Assembly (NCBI GenBank): GCA_950097015.1
Contig: CATNEN010000036.1
Location: 1 to 64,000 of the forward strand
DNA: 64,000 bases
Source: Macrostomum hystrix
Lineage: Eukaryota; Animalia; Platyhelminthes
Reading direction: 5' to 3'
The notes below the pieces were generated by a model. That model saw nothing but the letters and a program-made list of their open reading frames with translations. It had not been told where the DNA came from and searched no databases. Positions 47,092 through 59,070 of the stretch are shown one piece after another; the stretch's first letter is position 1; every line of letters begins with the position of its first letter. Made by a program: the position numbers and the translations under genes.

Positions 47092-50000
47092 ATGTCTGTG
47101 CCCCTACACCTGCCCCCACCTGAGCCTTTCGATACACAGAAAGAGCCACACAATCTCGCGGCGCGGTGGGCAGAATGGGCCAGCCGGTTCAAGTGCTTTG
47201 TGACAGCTAGCGGCATTTCAAACACGCAACAGCAACGCGAAATTCTGCTATACGTCGGCGGTAAACAGCTTTACGAAGCCTACGCAGAGCTGACCACACC
47301 AGGCGAGTCACTCGACGATCTCCTAAAGGCCTTCAAAGGGCACTTCAGCAGCAGGCACAACCCCGTGTTCGTGCGGTACGAGTTCCGGTTCTGCACCCAA
47401 CAGCAGGGCGAGTCCATCAACGCTTGGGTGCAGCGGCTGTACAGGGCAGCGGAGGGCTGCGATTTCGAGACCCAGCGCGACCCCATCATCAGGGACCAGA
47501 TCGTTGCCGGCTGCCAATCAGACCAGCTGCGCCGCAGGCTGCTGCAGACACCGAACATCGGCCTCCAGGACGCCCTGCAGCAGGCCAGAGCCTTCGAATC
47601 GGCGGACCTCCAGTCAGCGGCTATCGAAGCCCGCAAGTCCGACTCTGTGAATGCGGTTCGGCGAATCGAGAGGCCAGCGAGATTCGAGCAGCCCAGAAAC
47701 AGCAAATGCATCCGCTGTGGCGAGCCAGGCCACAGAACTTGCGAGGCGGCCCGCGGAAAGACTTGCCGGAGCTGCAACAAAGTTGGGCACCTAGCGAAGG
47801 CCTGTCTGTCCAAACCGTCCGGCTCGAGGAGGGTGCACACCATCACCGAGGAGCAGCAGCCCGAACAGCAGGGACCCGATGACAGTGACAGTAGCTGCGA
47901 GGTCTTCAGCCTCTCCCCTCTGAGAAAGAGGCTGCCGCTCGTGAAAGCCGACATCAACGGTCGTACCACAGACCTGCTTATTGACAGCGGCGCGACCTGC
48001 AACCTCATGGACGTCAGGACCTTCAAGGCCATCGAGGGCAGCGCGGCCCAGCTTGTTGAGTCCCAAAAAAAAGTATTCCCGTTCGGCTCCAGCAAGCCGC
48101 TGACGACATTGGGCAAGGCCACCTTGCAAACGACCGTCTACGACGTCAGCGCCCGCATCAGCTACATCATCGTGAAGGAAAGCGGCACCACGATCATCGG
48201 CCGCCAGACCAGCGAGGGACTCGGCATTCTGCGCATCGGGCCAAGCCAACCGACGGTCTGCCAGCTGACGGAAGCCAACAAGCTGCCGAAGTCTCTCAAC
48301 ACAGCCCTGGAGGCAGCAGCAGCCGAGGCGAACGACCGGACGCTACCAGAACAGGAGCGCCTAGCCAACATCCTCCGGGCACACCGCCAACGTTTCGAGG
48401 GCATCGGCTGTGTCAAGGACGTCGAGGTCAGCATCCACCTACGCGAAGAAGCCGTGCCTGTCTGCCACCCACCCAGCCGAGTCCCGGTGCACCTGCGGGA
48501 GGCAGCGCAGCGCGAGCTGGACGAACAGCTTGCGGCCGGCATCATCGAGCGAGTGAAGGGACCGTCCGACTGGGTGGCCCGCATGGTGGTAGTCCCGAAG
48601 TCGCAGCCGGGCCAAGTGCGCATCACCCAGGACCTGCGAGATGTCAACAAGTTCGTGGTGCCCGAGAAGCAGCCCATCCCGACATTCGAGGAGGTCACAG
48701 ACGAAATGGCAGGCGCGCGCTACTTCTCGGAGCTCGACATCAACAAGGCCTTCCATCAGATCCGTGTCCGGGAGGAATCGCGCCACTTGCTGACGTTCTC
48801 CACGCCAAAGGGCCTCATGCGACTGACGCGCCTGTGCATGGGCTTCACGTCAGCGTCGGAGATCCTGCAGAGGGTCATGACCACCGTGCTCGGCGGCCTG
48901 TCCGGCGTCCGCTGGGTGCACGATGACATCATCATCTACGCCAGAAACATCAAGGACCACAACCAGCAACTGGCGGCAACTCTGCAGCGGCTGGAGTCCT
49001 ACAACGTCACCCTCAACCCGGCGAAGTGCAGATTCGCGGTCAGGGAGGCGACTTTTCTCGCCATGCGCCTCTCTGAGAAGGGCATCCAGCCAACTGAGGA
49101 CAAGGTGAGCGCGGTCCAGTCGTTTAGGGCACCGAAGAACGCGTCCGAGGTGAGATCATTCCTAGGCCTCGTTGCCTTTGTCAGCCGCTTTATCCCAGCA
49201 CTCGCAGACATTGCCAAGCCTCTCAGAAACCTGACCAGAAGGGAGGCCGCCTGGACCTGGGGAGCGGCGGAAGACGCTGCCTTCAACGCCGTCAAGAGCT
49301 ACATCGCTGCCAGCAGCACTTTAGCGTTCTTCGACAAGCAGAAGCCGACAGAAGTGATCGTGGACGCCAGCCCGACCGGCCTCGGGGCAATCCTTAGCCA
49401 GCAACAACCAGACGGCAGCCTGAGACCAATCGCCTACGCCAGCCGGGCCCTGACGGCCGTAGAGGCGCGCTACTCGCAGACTGAGCGGGAGGCCCTCGCG
49501 GTAAAATTCGGCTGCCTCCGCTTCCGCCACTACCTCAGCGGCTCACCCGGCTTCCGAGTCGTCACCGATCACAAGCCGCTGGTGCACCTCTTCAAGCCAA
49601 ATTCCCGGCCGCCTCCGAGGATCGAAAGAATGGCACTGAGCATCCAGGACCTGGTGTTCGAGACAACATACAGGCCAGGCCCGTCCAACCCCAGCGATGT
49701 CCTGAGCCGGCAACCAAGCGGGCCCTCAGCAGTCGCTGCAGTCGGTGAGTCCAGGGACACTAACTTCATTAACAGCATCGCCGAAGCCGCCACCCCGAAG
49801 GGACTCTCGCTGCAGCAGATCAAGGAGGCGACGGCAAGAGACGAAGCGCTGCGGGCAGCCATCGCGGCCCTCCGCGGTGGCGACTGGGACCTTCGAGACG
49901 CAACGCTGCGGTCCCTGCATGCGCTGAAGCAGGAGCTGTCCGCAACCGACGGGGTCTTGCTACGAGGACACCGGATTGTCGTCCCCGAGGCTCTACGACA

Positions 50001-51165
50001 GGCAGTGCTGCGCCTAGCGCACCAAGGACACCAGGGAGACAAGAAGACACAGGCCAGACTGTCCGCGAAGGTCTGGTGGCCAGGCATGGTTGGAGAAGCG
50101 CGGCGCATGTGCGACACCTGTCTGCCGTGCCAAGCAGCGAGCCATCGAGCGGCAGTCCCGGCGGCTCCGCTGCAGGCCACGCCGCTGCCGCCGTATGCCT
50201 GGCACACTCTGGGCATCGACTTCACCGGACCGGTGCAAAACCGGCACCTGCTGGTCATTGTGGACCACTTCTCCCGGTACCCAATCGTCATCAGCATGTC
50301 GTCCATGACTGCTGAGGCCGTCACCAAGCAGCTGCGAAAACTTTTCGCCACGTTCGGCAGGCCGACCCAGCTCGTGTCCGACAACGGGCCGCCGTTCAGT
50401 TCGCAAGCGTTCCGCGACTACCTCGGCAGCAACGGCATCCAGCAGCGTCTCGTCACACCGTACCACCCGGCGGCGAACGGCGTCACGGAACGCGTCAACC
50501 GATCAATCAACAAGACCGTCAGGATCGCCAACATCGAGTCAACAGACTGGCGGGAGGCTCTGGAGGACTGGCTAGAAGCCTACCGCAACACCCCGCATTC
50601 GAGCACGGGGTCGACGCCAGCCGAGCTCATGTTCCAGCGGCAGGTCCAGGACGTCATCCCCAGCGTGCAACAGCGAGGCCAGCAGCCGCGCAACCTGGCG
50701 TCCATCAGGGCCCGCGACAACGAGGCCAAGCAGCGGATGGCCCGGTACGCCGACGACCGCCGAAGGGCCGCAAGCCACGACATTAGATCTGGCGACTCGG
50801 TGCTACGCAGGCGGAGACCAGCGGCCAAGACAAAGACACCGTTCGAGCCGGAGCCCTGGACCATCGACGAGGTAAAGGGCGACTCCCTGGTGCTGAGCAG
50901 AGGGCGCCAGACCTGCATGCGTCACATCACGGACCTCAAGCACCTGCCCACAATCGACCAGCCACCGACGCCACCGCCACCAGGCGGGTCAGCGCCACCA
51001 ATGGAGCCACCAGCGGCAGCGGCGCCAGCAGCGCCACCAGAGGCGCCTACAGCGCTGCTACCGGCGCCACCCCTGGCGCAGCCACGGACGGCGGGAGGCC
51101 GTGCATCGCCGCCGAACGTCTCGAGGTGCCCACGGCCGCGCGCGTGTAAAATCAGTCGACTGTGA
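47092..51165 (+). CDS. Intact single-ORF Gag-Pol polyprotein of element 2 (1357 aa from the first ATG)
   Basis: Zinc knuckles CIRC..H / CRSC..GH..C, protease LIDSGA, RT VHDD, RNase H VDAS and TDHKPL, integrase H-H-C-C, GIDF, SDNG, GVTERVN. No env ORF. Confidence 0.95.
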   Translation: MSVPLHLPPPEPFDTQKEPHNLAARWAEWASRFKCFVTASGISNTQQQREILLYVGGKQLYEAYAELTTPGESLDDLLKAFKGHFSSRHNPVFVRYEFRFCTQQQGESINAWVQRLYRAAEGCDFETQRDPIIRDQIVAGCQSDQLRRRLLQTPNIGLQDALQQARAFESADLQSAAIEARKSDSVNAVRRIERPARFEQPRNSKCIRCGEPGHRTCEAARGKTCRSCNKVGHLAKACLSKPSGSRRVHTITEEQQPEQQGPDDSDSSCEVFSLSPLRKRLPLVKADINGRTTDLLIDSGATCNLMDVRTFKAIEGSAAQLVESQKKVFPFGSSKPLTTLGKATLQTTVYDVSARISYIIVKESGTTIIGRQTSEGLGILRIGPSQPTVCQLTEANKLPKSLNTALEAAAAEANDRTLPEQERLANILRAHRQRFEGIGCVKDVEVSIHLREEAVPVCHPPSRVPVHLREAAQRELDEQLAAGIIERVKGPSDWVARMVVVPKSQPGQVRITQDLRDVNKFVVPEKQPIPTFEEVTDEMAGARYFSELDINKAFHQIRVREESRHLLTFSTPKGLMRLTRLCMGFTSASEILQRVMTTVLGGLSGVRWVHDDIIIYARNIKDHNQQLAATLQRLESYNVTLNPAKCRFAVREATFLAMRLSEKGIQPTEDKVSAVQSFRAPKNASEVRSFLGLVAFVSRFIPALADIAKPLRNLTRREAAWTWGAAEDAAFNAVKSYIAASSTLAFFDKQKPTEVIVDASPTGLGAILSQQQPDGSLRPIAYASRALTAVEARYSQTEREALAVKFGCLRFRHYLSGSPGFRVVTDHKPLVHLFKPNSRPPPRIERMALSIQDLVFETTYRPGPSNPSDVLSRQPSGPSAVAAVGESRDTNFINSIAEAATPKGLSLQQIKEATARDEALRAAIAALRGGDWDLRDATLRSLHALKQELSATDGVLLRGHRIVVPEALRQAVLRLAHQGHQGDKKTQARLSAKVWWPGMVGEARRMCDTCLPCQAASHRAAVPAAPLQATPLPPYAWHTLGIDFTGPVQNRHLLVIVDHFSRYPIVISMSSMTAEAVTKQLRKLFATFGRPTQLVSDNGPPFSSQAFRDYLGSNGIQQRLVTPYHPAANGVTERVNRSINKTVRIANIESTDWREALEDWLEAYRNTPHSSTGSTPAELMFQRQVQDVIPSVQQRGQQPRNLASIRARDNEAKQRMARYADDRRRAASHDIRSGDSVLRRRRPAAKTKTPFEPEPWTIDEVKGDSLVLSRGRQTCMRHITDLKHLPTIDQPPTPPPPGGSAPPMEPPAAAAPAAPPEAPTALLPAPPLAQPRTAGGRASPPNVSRCPRPRACKISRL

Positions 51166-51389
51166 CTCTTTTGCGGTACTCAAAAGAACGGTACTCAACA
51201 TGCCGTTCTAATCACTACTTTCGCATCATCGTGAACAATACTTGTCATTCATTTGCCATGCCAACAATTTAATACTCACTTTTATTCCTTGTTGGGGGGT
51301 GGGAGCGCCTGTTTTACCTTATTCAAGTTTCGTCTTTGTGGCCACCCTGCTCGTGTTAATCTCCTATTTTAATTTCATTTTGGGAAGGA

Positions 51390-51598
51390 TGTAAGACTTG
51401 CGTACTTGTACTTCGCCCCGCATTGCGTCAGCTTGCTCCAGCCAATCAATACCTCTTACGTCTTGTGCACGCACTCAGCACTTTCAACTCTCACCTGTCG
51501 TACCCCCACCCCAATTATCGATCCATTAAATATATATTGTCGCCCGCGGGGCAGCGCTCAGTTGAGCATATTTTCGACCACAAATCAAAGCCTCTACA
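51390..51598 (+). repeat. 3' LTR of element 2
   Basis: Preceded by the PPT. Confidence 0.96.
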
Positions 51599-54500
51599 GT
51601 ATTGTGGTCGATACAGGAGTCCGTGCTTGTTTTTGATGTCTTGTGGCCGATACAGATACAGGAATTTGTGCTTGTGTTGTGGTCGATACAGGAGTCTGTG
51701 CTTGTGCTGATGTCTTGATGGTGAATACAGGAGTCTGTACTTGTATTGGTGTGTTGATGGTGAATACAGGAGTCTGTATTTGTATTGGTGTGTTGATGGT
51801 CGATACAGGAGTCTGTATTTGTATTGGTGTGTTGATGGTCGATACAGGAGTCTGTATTTGTATTGGAGTGTTGATGGTCGATACAGAAGTCTGTATTTGT
51901 ATTGGTGTGTTGATGGTGGATACAGGAGTCTGTACTTGTATCGCTGTGTTGATGGTGGATACAGTAGTCTGTGCTTGTATCGGTGTGTTGATGGTGGATA
52001 CAGGAGTTTGTGCTTGTATTGGTGTGTTGATGGTGGATACAGGAGTCTGTATTTGTATTGGTGTGTTGATGGTGGATACAGGAGTCTGTATTTGTATTGG
52101 TGTGTTGATGGTCGATACAGGAGTCTGTACTTGTATTGGTGTGTTGATGGTGGATACAGGAGTCTGTACTTGTATTGGTGTGTTGATGGTGGATACAGGA
52201 GTCTGTACTTGTATTGGTGTGTTGATGGTGGATACAGGAGTCTGTATTTGTATTGGTGTGTTGATGGTCGATACAGGAGTCTGTATTTGTATTGGTGTGT
52301 TGATGGTGGATACAGGAGTCTGTACTTGTATTGGTGTGTTGATGGTGGATACAGGAGTTTGTGCTTGTATTGGTGTGTTGATGGTGGATACAGGAGTCTG
52401 TATTTGTATTGGTGTGTTGATGGTCGATACAGGAGTCTGTATTTGTATTGGTGTGTTGATGGTGGATACAGGAGTCTGTACTTGTATTGGTGTGTTGATG
52501 GTGGATACAGGAGTCTGTATTTGTATTGGTGTGTTGATGGTGGATACAGGAGTCTGTACTTGTATTGATGTGTTGATGGTGGATACAGGAGTCTGTATTT
52601 GTATTGGTGTGTTGATGGTGGATACAGGAGTCTGTACTTGTATTGGTGTGTTGATGGTGGATACAGGAGTCTGTACTTGTATCGGTGTGTTGATGGTGGA
52701 TACAGGAGTCTGTACTTGTATCGGTGTGTTGATGGTGGATACAGGAGTCTGTACTTGTATCGGTGTGTTGATGGTGGATACAGGAGTCTGTATTTGTATT
52801 GGTGTGTTGATGGTGGATACAGGAGTCTGTACTTGTATTGGTGTGTTGATGGTGGATACAGGAGTCTGTATTTGTATTGGTGTGTTGATGGTGGATACAG
52901 GAGTCTGTACTTGTATCGGTGTGTTGATGGTCGATACAGGAGTCTGTGCTTGTATCGGTGTGTTGATAGTGGATACAGGAGTCTGTACTTGTATCGGTGT
53001 GTTGATGGTGGATACAGGAGTCTGTATTTGTATTGGTGTGTTGATGGTCGATACAGGAGTCTGTACTTGTATTGGTGTGTTGATGGTGGATACAGGAGTC
53101 TGTACTTGTATTGGTGTGTTGATGGTGGATACAGGAGTCTGTACTTGTATTGATGTGTTGATGGTGGATACAGGAGTCTGTATTTGTATTGGTGTGTTGA
53201 TGGTGGATACAGGAGTCTGTACTTGTATTGGTGTGTTGATGGTGGATACAGGAGTCTGTACTTGTATCGGTGTGTTGATGGTGGATACAGGAGTCTGTAC
53301 TTGTATCGGTGTGTTGATGGTGGATACAGGAGTCTGTACTTGTATCGGTGTGTTGATGGTGGATACAGGAGTCTGTATTTGTATTGGTGTGTTGATGGTG
53401 GATACAGGAGTCTGTACTTGTATTGGTGTGTTGATGGTGGATACAGGAGTCTGTATTTGTATTGGTGTGTTGATGGTGGATACAGGAGTCTGTACTTGTA
53501 TCGGTGTGTTGATGGTCGATACAGGAGTCTGTGCTTGTATCGGTGTGTTGATAGTGGATACAGGAGTCTGTACTTGTATCGGTGTGTTGATGGTGGATAC
53601 AGGAGTCTGTATTTTGTATTGGTGTGTTGATGGTCGATACAGGAGTCTGTACTTGTATTGGTGTGTTGATGGTGGATACAGGAGTCTGTACTTGTATTGG
53701 TGTGTTGATGGTGGATACAGGAGTCTGTATTTGTATTGGTGTGTTGATGGTGGATACAGGAGTCTGTACTTGTATTGGTGTGTTGATGGTGGATACAGGA
53801 GTCTGTACTTGTATCGGTGTGTTGATGGTGGACACAGGAGTCTGTACTTGTATCGGTGTGTTGATGGTGGATACAGGAGTCTGTATTTGTATTGGTGTGT
53901 TGATGGTGGATACAGGAGTCTGTACTTGTATTGGTGTGTTGATGGTGGATACAGGAGTCTGTATTTGTATTGGTGTGTTGATGGTCGATACAGGAGTCTG
54001 TATTTGTATTGGTGTGTTGATGGTGGATACAGGAGTCTGTACTTGTATTGGTGTGTTGATGGTGGATACAGGAGTCTGTACTTGTATCGGTGTGTTGATG
54101 GTGGATACAGGAGTCTGTACTTGTATTGGTGTGTTGATGGTGGATACAGGAGTCTGTACTTGTATTGATGTGTTGATGGTGGATACAGGAGTCTGTACTT
54201 GTATTGGTGTGTTGATGGTGGATACAGGAGTCTGTATTTGTATTGGTGTGTTGATGGTGGATACAGGAGTCTGTACTTGTATTGGTGTGTTGATGGTGGA
54301 TACAGGAGTCTGTACTTTTATCGGTGTGTTGATGGTGGATACAGGAGTCTGTACTTGTATCGGTGTGTTGATGGTCGATTCATGAGTTTGTACTTGTATC
54401 GGTGTGTTGATGGTGGATACAGGAGTCTGTACTTGTATTGGTGTGTTGATGGTGGATACAGGAGTCTGTACTTGTATTGGTGTGTTGATGGTGGATACAG

Positions 54501-57500
54501 GAGTCTGTACTTGTATCGGTGTGTTGATGGTGGATACAGGAGTCTGTACTTGTATCGGTGTGTTGATGGTGGATACAGGAGTCTGTACTTGTATCGGTGT
54601 GTTGATGGTGGATACAGGAGTCTGTACTTTTATCGGTGTGTTGATGGTGGATACAGGAGTCTGTACTTGTATCGGTGTGTTGATGGTGGATACAGGAGTC
54701 TGTACTTGTATCGGTGTGTTGATGGTGGATACAGGAGTCTGTACTTTTATCGGTGTGTTGATGGTGGATACAGGAGTCTGTACTTGTATCGGTGTGTTGA
54801 TGGTCGATTCATGAGTTGTACTTGTATCGGTGTGTTGATGGTGGATACAGGAGTCTGTACTTGTATTGGTGTGTTGATGGTGGATACAGGAGTCTGTACT
54901 TGTATCGGTGTGTTGATGGTGGATACAGGAGTCTGTATTTGTATTGGTGTGTTGATGGTGGATACAGGAGTCTGTACTTGTATTGGTGTGTTGATGGTGG
55001 ATACAGGAGTCTGTATTTGTATTGGTGTGTTGATGGTCGATACAGGAGTCTGTACTTGTATTGGTGTGTTGATGGTGGATACAGGAGTCTGTACTTGTAT
55101 TGGTGTGTTGATGGTGGATACAGGAGTCTGTACTTGTATCGGTGTGTTGATGGTGGATACAGGAGTCTGTATTTGTATTGGTGTGTTGATGGTCGATACA
55201 GGAGTCTGTACTTGTATTGGTGTGTTGATGGTGGATACAGGAGTCTGTACTTGTATTGGTGTGTTGATGGTGGATACAGGAGTCTGTATTTGTATTGGTG
55301 TGTTGATGGTCGATACAGGAGTCTGTACTTTGTATTGGTGTGTTGATGGTGGATACAGGAGTCTGTACTTGTATTGGTGTGTTGATGGTGGATACAGGAG
55401 TTGTGCTTGTATTGGTGTGTTGATGGTGGATACAGGAGTCTGTATTTGTATTGGTGTGTTGATGGTCGATACAGGAGTCTGTATTTGTATTGGTGTGTTG
55501 ATGGTGGATACAGGAGTCTGTACTTGTATTGGTGTGTTGATGGTGGATACAGGAGTCTGTATTTGTATTGGTGTGTTGATGGTGGATACAGGAGTCTGTA
55601 CTTGTATTGATGTGTTGATGGTGGATACAGGAGTCTGTATTTGTATTGGTGTGTTGATGGTGGATACAGGAGTCTGTACTTGTATTGGTGTGTTGATGGT
55701 GGATACAGGAGTCTGTACTTGTATCGGTGTGTTGATGGTGGATACAGGAGTCTGTACTTGTATCGGTGTGTTGATGGTGGATACAGGAGTCTGTACTTGT
55801 ATCGGTGTGTTGATGGTGGATACAGGAGTCTGTATTTGTATTGGTGTGTTGATGGTGGATACAGGAGTCTGTACTTGTATTGGTGTGTTGATGGTGGATA
55901 CAGGAGTCTGTACTTGTATCGGTGTGTTGATGGTCGATACAGGAGTCTGTGCTTGTATCGGTGTGTTGATGGTGGATACAGGAGTCTGTACTTGTATCGG
56001 TGTGTTGATGGTGGATACAGGAGTCTGTATTTGTATTGGTGTGTTGATGGTCGATACAGGAGTCTGTACTTGTATTGGTGTGTTGATGGTGGATACAGGA
56101 GTCTGTACTTGTATTGGTGTGTTGATGGTGGATACAGGAGTCTGTACTTGTATTGGTGTGTTGATGGTGGATACAGGAGTCTGTACTTGTATTGGTGTGT
56201 TGATGGTGGATACAGGAGTCTGTATTTGTATTGGTGTGTTGATGGTCGATACAGGAGTCTGTACTTGTATTGGTGTGTTGATGGTGGATACAGGAGTCTG
56301 TACTTGTATTGGTGTGTTGATGGTGGATACAGGAGTCTGTACTTGTATCGGTGTGTTGATGGTGGATACAGGAGTCTGTATTTGTATTGGTGTGTTGATG
56401 GTGGATACAGGAGTCTGTACTTGTATTGGTGTGTTGATGGTGGATACAGGAGTCTGTATTTGTATTGGTGTGTTGATGGTCGATACAGGAGTCTGTATTT
56501 GTATTGGTGTGTTGATGGTGGATACAGGAGTCTGTACTTGTATTGGTGTGTTGATGGTGGATACAGGAGTCTGTACTTGTATCGGTGTGTTGATGGTGGA
56601 TACAGGAGTCTGTACTTGTATTGGTGTGTTGATGGTGGATACAGGAGTCTGTATTTGTATTGGTGTGTTGATGGTCGATACAGGAGTCTGTATTTGTATT
56701 GGTGTGTTGATGGTGGATACAGGAGTCTGTACTTGTATTGGTGTGTTGATGGTGGATACAGGAGTCTGTATTTGTATTGGTGTGTTGATGGTGGATACAG
56801 GAGTCTGTACTTGTATTGGTGTGTTGATGGTGGATACAGGAGTCTGTACTTGTATTGGTGTGTTGATGGTGGACACAGGAGTCTGTACTTGTATCGGTGT
56901 GTTGATGGTGGATACAGGAGTCTGTATTTGTATTGGTGTGTTGATGGTGGATACAGGAGTCTGTATTTGTATTGGTGTGTTGATGGTCGATACAGGAGTC
57001 TGTATTTGTATTGGTGTGTTGATGGTGGATACAGGAGTCTGTACTTGTATTGGTGTGTTGATGGTGGATACAGGAGTCTGTACTTGTATCGGTGTGTTGA
57101 TGGTGGATACAGGAGTCTGTACTTGTATTGGTGTGTTGATGGTGGATACAGGAGTCTGTATTTGTATTGGTGTGTTGATGGTGGATACAGGAGTCTGTAT
57201 TTGTATCGGTGTGTTGATGGTGGATACAGGAGTCTGTATTTGTATTGGTGTGTTGATGGTGGATACAGGAGTCTGTATTTGTATTGGTGTGTTGATGGTC
57301 GATACAGGAGTCTGTATTTGTATTGGTGTGTTGATGGTGGATATAGGAGTCTGTACTTGTATCGGTGTGTTGATGGTCGATACAGGAGTCTGTATTTGTA
57401 TTGGTGTGTTGATGGTGGATACAGGAGTCTGTACTTGTATTGGTGTGTTGATGGTGGATACAGGAGTCTGTACTTGTATCGGTGTGTTGATGGTGGATAC

Positions 57501-58604
57501 AGGAGTCTGTACTTGTATTGGTGTGTTGATGGTGGATACAGGAGTCTGTACTTGTATCGGTGTGTTGATGGTGGATACAGGAGTCTGTACTTGTATTGGT
57601 GTGTTGATGGTGGATACAGGAGTCTGTACTTGTATCGGTGTGTTGATGGTGGATACAGGAGTCTGTACTTGTATCGGTGTGTTGATGGTGGATACAGGAG
57701 TCTGTACTTTTATCGGTGTGTTGATGGTGGATACAGGAGTCTGTACTTGTATCGGTGTGTTGATGGTGGATACAGGAGTCTGTATTTGTATTGGTGTGTT
57801 GATGGTGGATACAGGAGTCTGTACTTGTATCGGTGTGTTGATGGTCGATTCATGAGTTTGTACTTGTGATGATGCAGAATTTCGTTTCTTTAGGAACGAA
57901 TAGCACAGCACGTTTTGGCATATAAAACCCAACCAGATGATAACCGAAATTGAATTTAAATAAGAATATAGTGCAATCCAGCTTCAAATTAGCTGACATT
58001 TTTTTACAACCAACAAGATCTTGCCAAGTAACTGCGTCAGCCAGTTTTACTTCGTCAATTCTTCATTTGCTGAACAACGCATTGAGAATAATCTTAAAAG
58101 CATCATTGGTTAGGGAAAAAGCAAACAGACAAACCCTAATTCTTGCTCTAGCTCTCATATTATTGTATGCAGACGGAATCCCCTAGAGGTTTTAGTACCG
58201 ACAGCAATGGACCAGAAGTGGCATAGAAGAATCCCGGAGGAAAGAAGGCCGGGCTCCGATAAGTGGAAAGAGCGGGATTCAGACAGACAGACAGGCAGAA
58301 GAGAAGGAGAAAGTGCTGCGAGTAGAGAAGGCTGAGGAGAGAAAACAGGAATGATTGAAGAGATAGCTGTCTCGCCTCATCAAGCAGGTGTTCTCATTTT
58401 CTCCTAGCTTTCGTACGCCTGCCTGTCAGCCTGTCGCTCTCTCATTACCTCAACAGTGTCCCTCTAACCGATACGAGCTAAACATTGCATCAAGTGCAAG
58501 GCGCGTGCTAATTAAAGTACAGTTAAATTAATTGAAAATTCAGGTTCACGGTTCTTCTCAAGATTTCATGGGTTTGTAGTTTATTACATAATTTCATTAC
58601 ATTG

Positions 58605-59070
58605 GTTTGTGGTTCACATCATGGGTTTGTGGATCACATCATTTGGTTTGTGGATCACATCATTTGGTTTGTGGATCACATCATTTGGTTTGTGGATCAC
58701 ATCATTTTGTTTGTGGATCACATCATTTGGTTTGTGGATCACATCATTTGGTTTGTGGATCACATTATTTGGTTTGTGGATCACATCATTTGGTTTGTGG
58801 TTCACATCATTTGGTTTGTGGATCACATCATTTGGTTTGTGGATCACATCATTTGGTTTGTGGATCACATCATTTGGTTTGTGGATCACATCATGGGTTT
58901 GTGGATCACATCATTTGGTTTGTGGATCACATCATGGGTTTGTGGATCACATCATTTGGTTTGTGGATCACATCATTTGGTTTGTGGATCACATCATTTG
59001 GTTTGTGGATCACATCATGGGTTTGTGGATCACATCATGGGTTTGTGGATCACATGATGGGTTTGTGAAT
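58605..59070. repeat. 20-21-bp minisatellite (CACATCATTTGGTTTGTGGAT)n
   Basis: Direct reading, in RPIA intron 2. Confidence 0.95.

Larger units (their letters stand above)
46865..51598 (+). mobile_element. Full-length Ty3/Gypsy (Mag-like) LTR retrotransposon, element 2
   Basis: 209-bp LTRs at 46865-47073 and 51390-51598 (TG..CA, identical by eye). TSD GTATT at 46860-46864 and 51599-51603. PBS 47075-47089, PPT GGGAAGGA 51382-51389. Confidence 0.97.
46555..57867. repeat. 39-bp satellite (GATACAGGAGTCTGTA[C/T]TTGTATTGGTGTGTTGATGGTG)n, interrupted by element 2
   Basis: Direct reading. A 75-bp variant unit occurs around the insertion site and a homogeneous 39-mer runs from about 51720 to 57867. 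Confidence 0.95.

Noticed and set aside
47280-50918. Antisense ORFs up to 280 aa in element 2, as a possible env or accessory gene
   Set aside because: They are shadow frames of the pol codon bias, with no signal peptide/TM pattern or position consistent with env.
51526-57932. 769-1218-aa ORFs (VLMVDTGVCTCIG, STINTPIQVQTPV and others)
   Set aside because: They come from a 39-bp satellite that is stop-free in several frames on both strands. There are no unique flanking domains.
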